Assembly (NCBI GenBank): GCA_964551375.1
Contig: CAZKBG010000001.1
Coordinates: 450,001-482,000 of the forward strand
Direction: 5' to 3'
Source of the DNA: an uncultured archaeon
Lineage (GTDB): Archaea > Iainarchaeota > Iainarchaeia > Iainarchaeales > JAAZKV01
DNA length: 32,000 nt
Positions within the stretch are counted from its first letter, which is position 1. Each line of letters begins with the position of its first letter. The notes beneath the pieces are model-generated. The model worked only from the letters and a program-made list of their open reading frames with translations, ran no database searches and was not told where the DNA came from. The translations under genes and the position numbers were made by a program. Shown here in pieces: positions 1 through 9,824 of this stretch.

Positions 1-1
1 A

Positions 2-361
2 TGCATCGCAGTATGCCCGTTTGACGCAATAGACGCCAACTGGATAAGCACGCTTCAAAACGAATTCCTTGAAAAAATGGCTGAATACGCATACGCTGCC
101 CAGAAAGGCAAGAAAGTAGTTTATATTAACTTTATTTTCAACGTGACAAAAGAATGCGACTGCATGGACAAAGCGCAAAAAATAATTGCAAAAGACATTG
201 GAATCATGGCTTCAACCGACCCCGTGGCGCTTGATAAAGCAAGCCTTGAGATATTAGCGAAAAGCGAGAAACGAAAACTATTCGGCGGAGAGCATGTGTT
301 TGAATATTCCGAAAAAATCGGGTTAGGGAATAGAAAATACGAACTGATAAACATGAACTAA
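2..361 (+). CDS. DUF362-like / ferredoxin-type Fe-S protein, C-terminal part (5' truncated by window edge)
   Basis: Frame 2 is open from the first bases (CIAVCPFDAIDANW...) and continues into the listed 94-aa ORF. 'MASTDPVALDKASLEIL' and 'FEYSEKIGLGNRKYELI' resemble the DUF362 C-terminus. Confidence 0.75.
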   Translation, partial: CIAVCPFDAIDANWISTLQNEFLEKMAEYAYAAQKGKKVVYINFIFNVTKECDCMDKAQKIIAKDIGIMASTDPVALDKASLEILAKSEKRKLFGGEHVFEYSEKIGLGNRKYELINMN

Positions 362-428
362 CTTTTCAAAAGCAAGCATTTAGAACAAAACAATTACTTA
401 TATTAATCCCTAAAACAAAGATGATATT

Positions 429-1634
429 ATGCCAAAAAAAGAACAAAACTTAAAAAATATCAAAAATACCAATAATGCAAACCAAAAAGAAGACAAAAAG
501 ACAATGAAGGCATTCTCGATTGCGACTTTTTTAAACGATATGGGAAGCGACATGATAAACCCAATCTGGCCGATGTTTCTAACATCATTTCTTGGAATCA
601 ACATGTCGCTTTTGGGACTGATTGACGGACTGGGAGACGCAATTGTATCAATTTCACAGGCAATAAGCGGATACTACTCCGACAGATTAAGAAAAAGAAA
701 AATATTCATCTGGACAGGATACTTCTTCTCAGGAATAGCAAGACTCGGATACGCAATTTCAACCACTTGGCCGATGATAATACCTTTTAGAATAATTGAC
801 CGCGCAGGAAAAATACGCGGAAGCCCAAGGGACGCAATGGTGGCGGATATTTCAACCGAAAAAAACAGGGGAAAGAATTTCGGGCTCCTAAGAACAATGG
901 ACAACTTTGGCGCAGTAGCAGGAATTTTATTATGCTTATTTTTCATAAACATACTCGCGCTTGATTTGACAACAATTCTGTTAATCGCATCAATCCCCTC
1001 AATAATCGGCGCGGGAGCAGTAATATTTTTAATAAAAGAAAAAAAACTTGAGGGGTTAAAACTTTTCAAAGGACTCCAATTCAAAAACTTGAACAAAAAC
1101 TTCAAGCTGTTTGTGGTAATAAGCGCAGTATTTGCATTAGGCTCATTCAGCTACTCATTCTTACTGCTCTTCGCGAAGTACCTTGGATGGAATATAACAA
1201 CCGTGCCGATACTTTACTTAATTTTCACTCTTGCCGCAGCTTTTCTCTCGCTTCCCTTTGGAAAGCTTTCAGATAAAATAGGAAGAAAAAAAGTAATTTA
1301 CATTTCACTTGCGCTATGGGCATTAAGCTGCATATTATTCATCACCATGAGCGCATGGTGGATAATAGTAATTATATTTATCCTCTACGGACTTCACAAA
1401 GCAGCGCTTGAACCTGTGCAAAAAACCTTTGTGGCAGAACTTGCACCTGAAAAATTCAGGGCAAGCGCTCTTGGAGGCTTTCAAATGGTAATCGGACTCT
1501 GCGCGCTCCCCGCATCAGTAGTAGCAGGAATCCTCTGGGACAACATTAACCCGACAGCCCCGTTTATTCTTTCATTAGGACTCACAATAATTGCATTTGT
1601 GCTTTTAGTATTTGTAAAGGAAAATAAAAAATAA
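429..1634 (+). CDS. Major facilitator superfamily transporter
   Basis: 401 aa with about 12 hydrophobic segments. Has an MFS-like loop 2-3 motif (GYYSDRLRKRK) and its repeat in the second half (GKLSDKIGRKKVIY). Confidence 0.85.
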   Translation: MPKKEQNLKNIKNTNNANQKEDKKTMKAFSIATFLNDMGSDMINPIWPMFLTSFLGINMSLLGLIDGLGDAIVSISQAISGYYSDRLRKRKIFIWTGYFFSGIARLGYAISTTWPMIIPFRIIDRAGKIRGSPRDAMVADISTEKNRGKNFGLLRTMDNFGAVAGILLCLFFINILALDLTTILLIASIPSIIGAGAVIFLIKEKKLEGLKLFKGLQFKNLNKNFKLFVVISAVFALGSFSYSFLLLFAKYLGWNITTVPILYLIFTLAAAFLSLPFGKLSDKIGRKKVIYISLALWALSCILFITMSAWWIIVIIFILYGLHKAALEPVQKTFVAELAPEKFRASALGGFQMVIGLCALPASVVAGILWDNINPTAPFILSLGLTIIAFVLLVFVKENKK

Positions 1635-1669
1635 AAAGCTTTTTAAAAACTAATTGAAAAAAATAAGAA

Positions 1670-1742
1670 TAGCCCCTCCCAGATTCGAACTGGGGTCCTA
1701 GGCTTCAAAGGCCTATGTCCTTAGCCGCTAGACGAAGGGGCT
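1670..1742 (-). tRNA. tRNA-Gln (anticodon TTG)
   Basis: Hand fold: acceptor AGCCCCT/AGGGGCT, D-stem GTCT/GGAC, anticodon stem TAGGC-CTTTGAA-GCCTA (anticodon TTG), T-arm CCCAG-TTCGAAT-CTGGG. Confidence 0.95.
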
Positions 1743-1869
1743 TGCTAATTAGCTAACACAATTACGATTGTAAAATAATTGATTATGGGTAGCAATTTAA
1801 AGCTTTTCATGAACTAATTTTTATGTAATATAAGGTGAGCCAGAGGCAATCTTAGATAATTAAGCAAAA

Positions 1870-1943
1870 GGGCGGTTAGCTTAGCTGGTTGGAGCACACG
1901 ACTGATAATCGTGCGGTCGGGAGTTCAAATCTCCCACTGCCCA
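1870..1943 (+). tRNA. tRNA-Ile (anticodon GAT)
   Basis: Hand fold: acceptor GGGCGGT/ACTGCCC, anticodon stem-loop CACGA-CTGATAA-TCGTG (anticodon GAT), T-arm GGGAG-TTCAAAT-CTCCC, discriminator A. Confidence 0.95.
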
Positions 1944-1948
1944 CTATT

Positions 1949-4687
1949 TTATTCAGCATTCTTAAATTTCCAAGTCACTTCTCTTGCAATAACCATAATG
2001 CCTGCGCTTGCTCCGCGCGAATCCTTCATGAGCGACGCATTAAGCTCAACTTTAACTTTCTTACCGCTCTTTTTAATCAAGTCAATCATGTAAGGCCTAA
2101 TCTCAGCACCAGCAAGCCGCTTTTTAAAATTAGCCACAACAATTGCCCTTGATTTAGTATCAATAATGCTTGAAGTAAAAATATTTTTGCCTATAAGCTC
2201 AGATTTTTTATACCCAAGCAATAAAGTGCACTTGTGGTTGGCTTCAATAATGCTCCCCTTTGAATTCAAAATAAATATAGGGTCAACTGCATTTTCAAAC
2301 AACTCATTAAATTTATTTTCAGAAGCCTTTGCAGTCATCTGAACGCTCTTTACTTTCTTAAGATCAGTCACTGAACCAACTATTCCGCCTATTTTGCCTT
2401 CAGCATCGTAGAACAGCGCCTTTGAAAGCAAAACTTCATGGAATTTCTTGTCGGAGGCAAAATACATCACCACTTCAATGCTCTCCGAGCCCTTTGATGG
2501 ATTGTTGATTAAGTTTGAATCAAGCGCAACATACATATCAGCATACTCTTTTTTGAACAATTGATGAGCAGTCTTGCCAATAATATATTCATTCTTAAGC
2601 CCCATAACAACCTCTTCATAGCTTTTATTACATCCAATATATTCCCCTTTAGTATTTTTATAAAACATAGGAATATTTACTCCGTCAAGTATTGACTGAA
2701 GGAATCTATGGCTCTCTTCAAGTTTAGTCTCAAGCTTGAGCTTTTCAGTAACATCCCTTGAGACAATTACAATGTAATCCTTTGTAAGAGTTGCACGCAT
2801 ATCAAGCACATGCCAGCTGCCGTCCTTAGCTTTGAACCTGCCTGAGACCATAATCGGCTTAATTGCATCAGATTTCCAAAATTCAACTTTGCTTTTTATA
2901 TATTCTTCAGCAATTTTCATTAATTTTCCTTTATCGTCAGGATGAGCATAATACAACGCAGGCTTTCCAATTATTTCTTCAGGAGTATAGCCAAGTATTG
3001 AATATGAAGGGCTCGCATAAACATGCTTAAACGAAGGAAGCAAATCAACAATTGCAATCATATCAGCGGCGTTTTCTGATATAAGCTTGAAGAATGACTG
3101 GCTTTCTTTAGCGCTTGCTTCAGCCGCGCGAATATCAGTTATATCCTCCCCTGAACTTAAAGTGCCTATTTTATTTCCAAATTCATCCCTTATAATTGAA
3201 TTATGCCACTTAACAAGCCTGATTTTTCCAGATTTTGTGAGAACCGAGCCATCAACATCCTCATTCTCATCAGGACCTTCGCTATTTACCGACATTAACT
3301 GGGAAAATACTTTTGAAACATTAGCCCGCTCTGATTTTGGCAGAGATATTTCAAACCAATTCTTTCCTTCAAGCGAGCCATATTCATATCCTAAAATTTC
3401 ATAACCTTTCTTGTTAAGCAGAGTAATGCATCCAGCCTTGTCAAGCGCAACAATAATGCTTCCTGTTAAATCAAGGTATTTTTGAGCCTTGGCTTCAGCC
3501 TTCTTTTTAGCGTCAATCGCTTCCCCTAACCCAATATCTTCCTTGCTCAAATCGGCTCTAAGAATTGCAAGCTTTAAACTTGCAAGTATTCTATTCAAAG
3601 AATCAGTAAGCGACTGAACCTCGGCAATATTGCTCTTTTCAAGATCGACTTCAAGCTTTCCTCTTGTTATTTCATCAACCCTCTTAGTCAATTTTAATAA
3701 CTGCCTTGAAATAAACTGCGAGGAAATAATTGATAATAAAATTGCAATAACTAAAAGAGCTCCAAGTATATACACAATATTCTGTCGCATATTTTCAAAA
3801 ACATGGGCTTCGCTTGAAATGTTTGTTGTCACAAGCGCAACTGCGACTTCTTCTTTTGAATTATCAAGAAGAACAAATCCCCCGCACGAATAATGCTCTG
3901 TTTGATCAGAAATTAATTTTGTAAAATGCTTCGATGCTTTTACCCCAAAAACAGTATCTTGAGTAAAGCAGTTGGAGCTGATAAAATTATCCTCCTCTCT
4001 TGAAATCAGCACATACTCGCCATAATCATCCCAATTATCCGCCCGGCCTGATTCAGATAAATACTCTAAATATCTTTCTTTATTGAGCTTAGCCTTTGGA
4101 ACAAATAACGCATAAACATCCGCGTGCTTTTCTGAAATTGAAGCAAGCAGAGTGTCCACATCAATCGCGCTTTCAACATACCCTTCCAAATTATTTTTTG
4201 AATAATAAGGAGATATTACCCTTAGAGAAAAATCATTTTTCCCAACCTCAATCCCAGAGCTTGTTGAAGAAGAAATTTGCGCATTCAAAAAAGACTGTCT
4301 TGTTAACACATCCCCGAATTCTTTCGGCTCATAGGGCCTGAAAAACACTTCTCCGTCAGGAAGAATAAAATACATTCGGCTTATTTTGCCGCCATCCTTT
4401 AACTCATTAAACAGAGGAAGAACTTGCTCCATTAATTTCTCTCTATTTCTTTCAATTAAACCCCCCATTAATGAATCATTTGACATAATGAGCTGGTTTA
4501 CTGAAGTCAAAATACCTATTTCTTCGCTCAAATAAACATTAAACTCATTTTCAAGATTATGCAATTTCCCGCCAGCTACTTCAGAAAGAGCCGTTTGTTC
4601 AATCTTTAGTGAAGCAAAATAAACTCCTAAAACTATCACTAAAGTAATCGCAATGATCTGCAAAAACAAAATGTGCGAAATCTTCAT
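1949..4687 (-). CDS. Membrane sensor protein: N-terminal TM, extracytoplasmic sensor, TM, HAMP, and about 4 PAS domains, with no histidine kinase domain
   Basis: TMs near ISHILFLQIIAITLVIVLGVYFA and VYILGALLVIAILLSIISSQF. HAMP (SRQLLKLTKRVDEITRG). Repeated PAS signatures (GYEYGSLEGKNWFEI, GYTPEEIIGKPALYYAHPDD, GYKKSELIGKNIF). ATG at 4687 fits better than the track start at 4708, because it follows the upstream TAA. Confidence 0.85.
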   Translation of the reverse strand: MKISHILFLQIIAITLVIVLGVYFASLKIEQTALSEVAGGKLHNLENEFNVYLSEEIGILTSVNQLIMSNDSLMGGLIERNREKLMEQVLPLFNELKDGGKISRMYFILPDGEVFFRPYEPKEFGDVLTRQSFLNAQISSSTSSGIEVGKNDFSLRVISPYYSKNNLEGYVESAIDVDTLLASISEKHADVYALFVPKAKLNKERYLEYLSESGRADNWDDYGEYVLISREEDNFISSNCFTQDTVFGVKASKHFTKLISDQTEHYSCGGFVLLDNSKEEVAVALVTTNISSEAHVFENMRQNIVYILGALLVIAILLSIISSQFISRQLLKLTKRVDEITRGKLEVDLEKSNIAEVQSLTDSLNRILASLKLAILRADLSKEDIGLGEAIDAKKKAEAKAQKYLDLTGSIIVALDKAGCITLLNKKGYEILGYEYGSLEGKNWFEISLPKSERANVSKVFSQLMSVNSEGPDENEDVDGSVLTKSGKIRLVKWHNSIIRDEFGNKIGTLSSGEDITDIRAAEASAKESQSFFKLISENAADMIAIVDLLPSFKHVYASPSYSILGYTPEEIIGKPALYYAHPDDKGKLMKIAEEYIKSKVEFWKSDAIKPIMVSGRFKAKDGSWHVLDMRATLTKDYIVIVSRDVTEKLKLETKLEESHRFLQSILDGVNIPMFYKNTKGEYIGCNKSYEEVVMGLKNEYIIGKTAHQLFKKEYADMYVALDSNLINNPSKGSESIEVVMYFASDKKFHEVLLSKALFYDAEGKIGGIVGSVTDLKKVKSVQMTAKASENKFNELFENAVDPIFILNSKGSIIEANHKCTLLLGYKKSELIGKNIFTSSIIDTKSRAIVVANFKKRLAGAEIRPYMIDLIKKSGKKVKVELNASLMKDSRGASAGIMVIAREVTWKFKNAE

Positions 4688-4688
4688 T

Positions 4689-6941
4689 TTATCCCTCAAA
4701 ACACACATCTATTTCTTTTGAAAACTGGATATACTTCTGCTTGTTGATAATACCAATCTTTTCCAAGTATTTAATATATTCCAAAAGATTTTCCTTTGAA
4801 ATTCCTTTCTTTCTCTCAAACTCAACAAACTCTTTCTCCCCAAGAGGCCCCAAAATTTCCTTAAATAAAGCCTCAACTTTGCCTGAAATTGACTCCTTCT
4901 GCGAGAAAAGAAGCTTAATCGGCTTTAATTCCCTTGTAGGCGAGAACGGAACTGTAAAATAAATCTTTGTGCCTTTGCCCGCATCGGACTCAATCCAGAT
5001 TTTTCCTTTCTGCGATTCAATAATCCCCTTGCAGATAGTTAAACCAAGCCCCGTGCCTCCGTACTGGCGATACATTGTCTGCTCCGCCTGGAAGAACGGC
5101 TCAAATAAGCGCAACTGGTCCTTAACGGCAATTCCTATTCCGCTATCTTTCACGCTGAACAAAATATGCTCATCCTCAACACTTACTTTCACCTCAATTG
5201 TAGAAGACTCGGGCGAAAACTTTTTTGCGTTATTAATCAAGTTTCTCAAAACCTGCATTGTCCTGTCCGGATCAACTTCAATAACGGGCAATTTGCCCAT
5301 GTCAAGAGCAATTTTTATCTTCTTTTCAGGAAGGAAATTATCCATTTCCTTAACCAGCGAAACAATATAGCTTTCAAGATTAACTTTTACAAAATTAAAC
5401 TTTAATCTTGCGGCTTCAATTCTTGACACTTCCAAGAAATCCATAATAATCCTGTCAAGCCGCATCGCATTTCTTAGAACTATATCAATAGCCTCTTTCT
5501 GCTTGTCAGTCAGCTTTCCAAAATATCCTTCAGAGAGCATTTGAAGCTGGGCTCGCATAGGAGTCATAGGGCTTCTTAATTCATGGCTTGTAATTGACAA
5601 AAACTCCGTTTTAGCCCTGTCAAGCTGCCTGTGCTCATCTTCAGAATTTGAAAGAACTTTTGCAGTAATATTAATTGAGTTCGCAAGATTTTCAAGCTCA
5701 TCGCCCGTCGAAATATCAAGGCGGGTTCCGTAATTTCCGGCTTTTATTTTTTCCATCGCATTTTGAATTTTTCCAATGGGCTGGGTTATGAGAGTATAAA
5801 TAATATACCCAAGCGCAACAACAAAAAATATTATTGTGAGAATCATTATCCCAAGATTTCTTGAAAAAGTAAGCGACAGGGCGCGCGAATTTGAAAGCAC
5901 TGAATTTGCCTGCATCAAAGCATCCTCTTTTCCAACAGCAATCACAAGATACATCTCGCCCTCGTCAAGATTTAGCTTCTTGTATGCCCCCATATACTCC
6001 GTTCCGTCTTTTTTAAACCCAAAATTTCCCGAATCCTCAGAAAAATAATCCTTATTAAAAAAAGACTGCGCCGCAACCGATTCATCAACAGCATAATGCC
6101 CTTCATAATCCCCAAAATTTTCCTGTGTAACAATTGTTTTTGAAATAGTCACAGGCCATGGAAGAATCACTCCAGAATTGTTCATATATTTGGTATCAAC
6201 AAGCTCGGCAAACCCAGTATTGTAATAATAAAACAAATAATGGTCAACATCCCCTGTTATTACGCTCTGCTTAAAATTTACAACAAACAATCCTATTCTT
6301 TCGCCGTTAACATCAACAGGCTTCACAAAACGAATTACAGGAGTTTTTGTCCTGTCAGAAATGCTTATTTCAGAAATGTAATTACTCCCTTCTGGAGCAA
6401 CTCTCTTATCCATCGACTGCTTAAACCAGCTTTTAGTATTTTTGCAGTCCATAACGTCAATTTCAGAAAAAACAACCCCTGCAACAACACAGCCCTTGCT
6501 TGAAAACAGCCTCACCGCTTCAACCTCGTCATTTCGCAGAGCGAGAACGTCCTTAAAATATAAATTAATCTTGCTAACCGAATTTTCATCAAGGCAATCA
6601 GCCGGATTTTCACAAGAACTGCTTTTCACAAGAATATCTTTCATGTCATCGTATCTGTCATCAACTATTGACTCAAAAATCGCATCATAATCATCCTTGT
6701 TTGACTCAATATTGCTCGCAAGCCAACTCGCATCGTCAATTAAGGCATAATTCACCTGTGCCTCTATTCCTTCAATATACTTTAAGTTTGATTCCTCAAT
6801 CGAATTATTGAACGAATAAAGCGCGAGAAAACTCGTAAGGCACAACGGAAGCAGAACTACAAGAAGAGACAATAAAATCAATTTTCTTCTTATATTCCCA
6901 AGGAAGAATTTCCTCAAAGAAAACCCTGCTTTATCAGCCAT
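4689..6941 (-). CDS. Membrane sensor histidine kinase (extracytoplasmic sensor, HAMP, HisKA, HATPase_c, C-terminal wHTH-like extension)
   Basis: H-box SITSHELRSPMTPMR, N-box NLINNAKKFSP, G1 VKDSGIGI, G2 GGTGLGLTICKGIIESQ. HAMP at TQPIGKIQNAMEKIKAG. Additional ~80 aa after the ATPase domain. Confidence 0.93.
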   Translation of the reverse strand: MADKAGFSLRKFFLGNIRRKLILLSLLVVLLPLCLTSFLALYSFNNSIEESNLKYIEGIEAQVNYALIDDASWLASNIESNKDDYDAIFESIVDDRYDDMKDILVKSSSCENPADCLDENSVSKINLYFKDVLALRNDEVEAVRLFSSKGCVVAGVVFSEIDVMDCKNTKSWFKQSMDKRVAPEGSNYISEISISDRTKTPVIRFVKPVDVNGERIGLFVVNFKQSVITGDVDHYLFYYYNTGFAELVDTKYMNNSGVILPWPVTISKTIVTQENFGDYEGHYAVDESVAAQSFFNKDYFSEDSGNFGFKKDGTEYMGAYKKLNLDEGEMYLVIAVGKEDALMQANSVLSNSRALSLTFSRNLGIMILTIIFFVVALGYIIYTLITQPIGKIQNAMEKIKAGNYGTRLDISTGDELENLANSINITAKVLSNSEDEHRQLDRAKTEFLSITSHELRSPMTPMRAQLQMLSEGYFGKLTDKQKEAIDIVLRNAMRLDRIIMDFLEVSRIEAARLKFNFVKVNLESYIVSLVKEMDNFLPEKKIKIALDMGKLPVIEVDPDRTMQVLRNLINNAKKFSPESSTIEVKVSVEDEHILFSVKDSGIGIAVKDQLRLFEPFFQAEQTMYRQYGGTGLGLTICKGIIESQKGKIWIESDAGKGTKIYFTVPFSPTRELKPIKLLFSQKESISGKVEALFKEILGPLGEKEFVEFERKKGISKENLLEYIKYLEKIGIINKQKYIQFSKEIDVCFEG

Positions 6942-6951
6942 AAAAACTAAA

Positions 6952-7482
6952 TCACTTCAAGTTAATTACTTTATCAACAAACATTCCTGTCTCCTGAATC
7001 AAAAGCGACTGCTCGTTTGTATTAAGCGCGTAAAACACAGCCTTTGATTTTGAGGATTTTATTTTATTTATCAGCATCGAAACAAACTTTTGAACAGGCT
7101 CTTTTTTTTCGTAAATCAAAAGATTTGTCAGGGAATCAAAAATAACATACTCATAATCATGCCCCAAAAACCTGCTGACTGCAAGCGAAAGCTCGGTTAA
7201 CGCTCCCGGAGAATTAATGTAATAGCATCCTTTTGTCTGGTCGGGCACTTCTTTAATGGTTTTTGTGATAGCATCAATAAAAACAATATTATTCACATTT
7301 ATTTTGTTCTTTTTGAAAAGCTCCTTTAAAGAATCAAAGGTTTTATTCAGTGTCACATAGCAGACATTCTTTTTCGCAAGAATTTTAGCAATCTCAAGAA
7401 TTGTTTCATTATAATCAAGGCTGTCAACTAAAAGTAAAACCGTCTGGTTGCTCTTTAATTCATTTTCAATATTTATCTTCAT
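6952..7482 (-). CDS. KaiC/DUF835-like protein lacking a Walker A P-loop
   Basis: RecA-like strand pattern with a Walker-B-like segment (YEYVIFDSLTNLLIY) but no GxxxxGK[TS]. Located in a signal-transduction gene block. Confidence 0.5.
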   Translation of the reverse strand: MKINIENELKSNQTVLLLVDSLDYNETILEIAKILAKKNVCYVTLNKTFDSLKELFKKNKINVNNIVFIDAITKTIKEVPDQTKGCYYINSPGALTELSLAVSRFLGHDYEYVIFDSLTNLLIYEKKEPVQKFVSMLINKIKSSKSKAVFYALNTNEQSLLIQETGMFVDKVINLK

Positions 7483-7566
7483 TAAAATACCTTTTCCATT
7501 TTGTCCATCATTTTTATTTTTTATTTTGCATTTAACTTTTCATTCCAATTAAATCCAAAATTATTT

Positions 7567-7938
7567 CTATTTTGTAAGCTCCCTTACTTTAGCCACTAAC
7601 TCATTGATATCAAACGGCTTCTGAAGAAAATCAACAACATTGCCTTCTTTTAGCAAATCTTCCCTCTCGGCTTCGGATAATCGCACAACGCTAAGATATG
7701 CAACTTTTATTCCCTTGATTTTAGGAATTATTTTTTTCACAGGAGTTCCCGGCATCATGATATCCATAAGGATAAGATCCGGCTTGTCCTTTTTTAATTT
7801 TTCAAGACAATCGTCGCCGTTTATCGCAGTAAGCACCTTAAAACCGTTTCTCTCAAGAACAGTCTTCACAGTGTACCTAATATCGTCCTCGTCATCAACG
7901 ACCATTACCACTTTTTCAGTTGTGTTTTTCTCCGCCAT
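7567..7938 (-). CDS. Stand-alone response-regulator receiver domain
   Basis: VMVVDDEDDIRYTV acidic pocket, phospho-acceptor Asp in DLILMDIMMPG, Lys in FLQKPFD. No output domain. Confidence 0.93.
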   Translation of the reverse strand: MAEKNTTEKVVMVVDDEDDIRYTVKTVLERNGFKVLTAINGDDCLEKLKKDKPDLILMDIMMPGTPVKKIIPKIKGIKVAYLSVVRLSEAEREDLLKEGNVVDFLQKPFDINELVAKVRELTK

Positions 7939-7946
7939 TTTACCAC

Positions 7947-8297
7947 CTAAGCAACAAGCTTCTTTACTATTTTAACATACTCCGACTCATCAAAGGGTTT
8001 CTGGATAAATCCGTCAACCTTTGAAAGATTAACCTCTTTTTTAGGAACAATTGACACAAACGCAAGCTTGCATTTGCCATTCAAACGCTCCCTCAAAAGC
8101 CTTGCAAGATCATAACCCGACAAGGTATTCATTTTTATATCAAGCAAAACAAGATTAAACTTTTCCAGCTTGAATAAATCCCACGCAAGCGCGCCGTTTG
8201 TCGCAACGTGAACTTCAATGCTTTCCTTTTCAAGAAGCTTTTTTGCTCTTTGCAGGTAATTGAAGTCGTCATCAACCAGCAGCACTTTTTTAACCAA
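7947..8297 (-). CDS. Stand-alone response-regulator receiver domain
   Basis: KKVLLVDDDFN, NLVLLDIKMNTLSG, GFIQKPFD. A TTG start at 8297, with a GGAGGTG motif just upstream, fits better than the track start at 8348. Confidence 0.88.
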   Translation of the reverse strand: MVKKVLLVDDDFNYLQRAKKLLEKESIEVHVATNGALAWDLFKLEKFNLVLLDIKMNTLSGYDLARLLRERLNGKCKLAFVSIVPKKEVNLSKVDGFIQKPFDESEYVKIVKKLVA

Positions 8298-8310
8298 CGC
8301 ACCACCTCCG

Positions 8311-9084
8311 CTAGAATGTTTCGAACGATTCTTCGAAAGGATAAACAACCATTCCTTCCCTCTTCTTTATCTGAACAGGGCGGATTTTTAACGAGTGATT
8401 TGTCGCACGCATTTTTCTCACGCTGATTGCTCTGTTTAGAACATTCTCTTTCTTATCAAGCAGAAGCAAAATTACCCCGTCTGCAACAAATTCTTCAACA
8501 CCGCTTCGCGACATGCTGACTCGGTCTTCTTTTGTTTCTGAAATCGCAAGAGTGGTAACGCCAGTTTTTTTCAAAGCATTCGCAAGATCAACAATGCTTC
8601 TCCTTGTTTTGAATCTGTCCTCAAAATAAAGCTCAAGAACCGAGATTGAATCAATAACCAGCCTCTTTGCGCCGATTGAATCAATCGCATCAAGAATACT
8701 TTCAATTAATTTGTCAAAATCATAAATCTTGGGCTCAAGAACCAGAACCTGTCTTGTTGCAACAAGCTTAGTTAAGTCCATTCCAAACCCGACCATCTGA
8801 AGCTTGTTCTGGTCATAGTTTTCTTCAAGAGAAACATAAATTCCCTTCTCGCCGTTAATTGCCCCAAAAGTCAAAAAATTCATCCCAAAAATAGTTTTTC
8901 CTGTTCCAGCTCCGCCCGCAAGAAGAACAAAAGAATTTTTCGGCAGTCCGCCCTCAATAAGCTCATCAAACCCTTTAACTCCTGTGGCAACTCTTTCAAT
9001 TTCAGGCTGTTTTACTTTAGAAAAATCGATGCTTGAAGCAAGGTCCTTAGATTTTTTTGATTTAGAAAAATTCTTTTTAGACAC
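8311..9084 (-). CDS. KaiC-like RecA-superfamily ATPase
   Basis: TGVKGFDELIEGGLPKNSFVLLAGGAGTGKTIFGMNFL (Walker A) and RLVIDSISVLELYF (Walker B). A GTG start at 9084, preceded by GGGGAGA, is more likely than 9108. Confidence 0.9.
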   Translation of the reverse strand: MSKKNFSKSKKSKDLASSIDFSKVKQPEIERVATGVKGFDELIEGGLPKNSFVLLAGGAGTGKTIFGMNFLTFGAINGEKGIYVSLEENYDQNKLQMVGFGMDLTKLVATRQVLVLEPKIYDFDKLIESILDAIDSIGAKRLVIDSISVLELYFEDRFKTRRSIVDLANALKKTGVTTLAISETKEDRVSMSRSGVEEFVADGVILLLLDKKENVLNRAISVRKMRATNHSLKIRPVQIKKREGMVVYPFEESFETF

Positions 9085-9195
9085 AATATCTCCCCAAACA
9101 ACTAGCATTATAACGATTTTCTGATTTTTAATTGTTTTTATACGAAAAAAAAGGAAGTTATATAAACAAAAAATGCGTTGGTTTGACGGATAATA

Positions 9196-9651
9196 ATGAA
9201 AGAAAACGCCAAAATGAACAATAAAGCGCAGTCCGGACTTGAGTATTTAATGACTTACGGATGGGCAATAATAGCAATTGCCGTGATTGTCGGAATAATT
9301 ATGGTGCTTTTAGGCAATTCCACAACAGTTCAGCAGTGCAACATGAGCCCGTCACACGGGGCAATCACTTATGTTGAAAGTTCAGCGCTGGCAAACACAT
9401 TTACTTTCATAATAAAAAATGACACAGGAAAAACAATCACTGGAGTAACTTACTCTTTTAAAGGAAACTTCGCACAAAGCGCATCAACTACAAATGACAG
9501 TTCAATTACAGCAAATTCAACCGTGACAAAAACAGTTTCAAACACAGGACTTTCAAAACAAATGCCTTATGATGAAACTATCACAATTAATTACAACAGA
9601 CAGGGCGTTTTGATGTCATCAACACTAAACTGCACAGGAACAGTACCATAA
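9196..9651 (+). CDS. Type IV pilin-like protein with class III signal peptide
   Basis: N-terminus NNKAQSGLEYLMTYGWAIIAIAVIVGIIMVLL is a classic archaeal class III signal peptide. Downstream is a Ser/Thr/Asn-rich beta-type region. Confidence 0.9.
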   Translation: MKENAKMNNKAQSGLEYLMTYGWAIIAIAVIVGIIMVLLGNSTTVQQCNMSPSHGAITYVESSALANTFTFIIKNDTGKTITGVTYSFKGNFAQSASTTNDSSITANSTVTKTVSNTGLSKQMPYDETITINYNRQGVLMSSTLNCTGTVP

Positions 9652-9824
9652 AAGCCAAATAATATCAGCAGTGAAAAAAAGACAAAACAAAAGAACTTTT
9701 TTTATTGAATAAAATGAATTATAATCAGGCTCAAAATTCAACCCCGTCCGCGCATTTAAAAAAAATAAGCAAGTTTTAGAACGCATGCTTCGGGCGCAGA
9801 TTAGCCGTGATTTTTTTTATTTAA

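Noticed and set aside
2-361. Truncated DUF362-like gene as a pseudogene
   Set aside because: The frame is open at the window edge and ends normally. The truncation is a windowing artefact.
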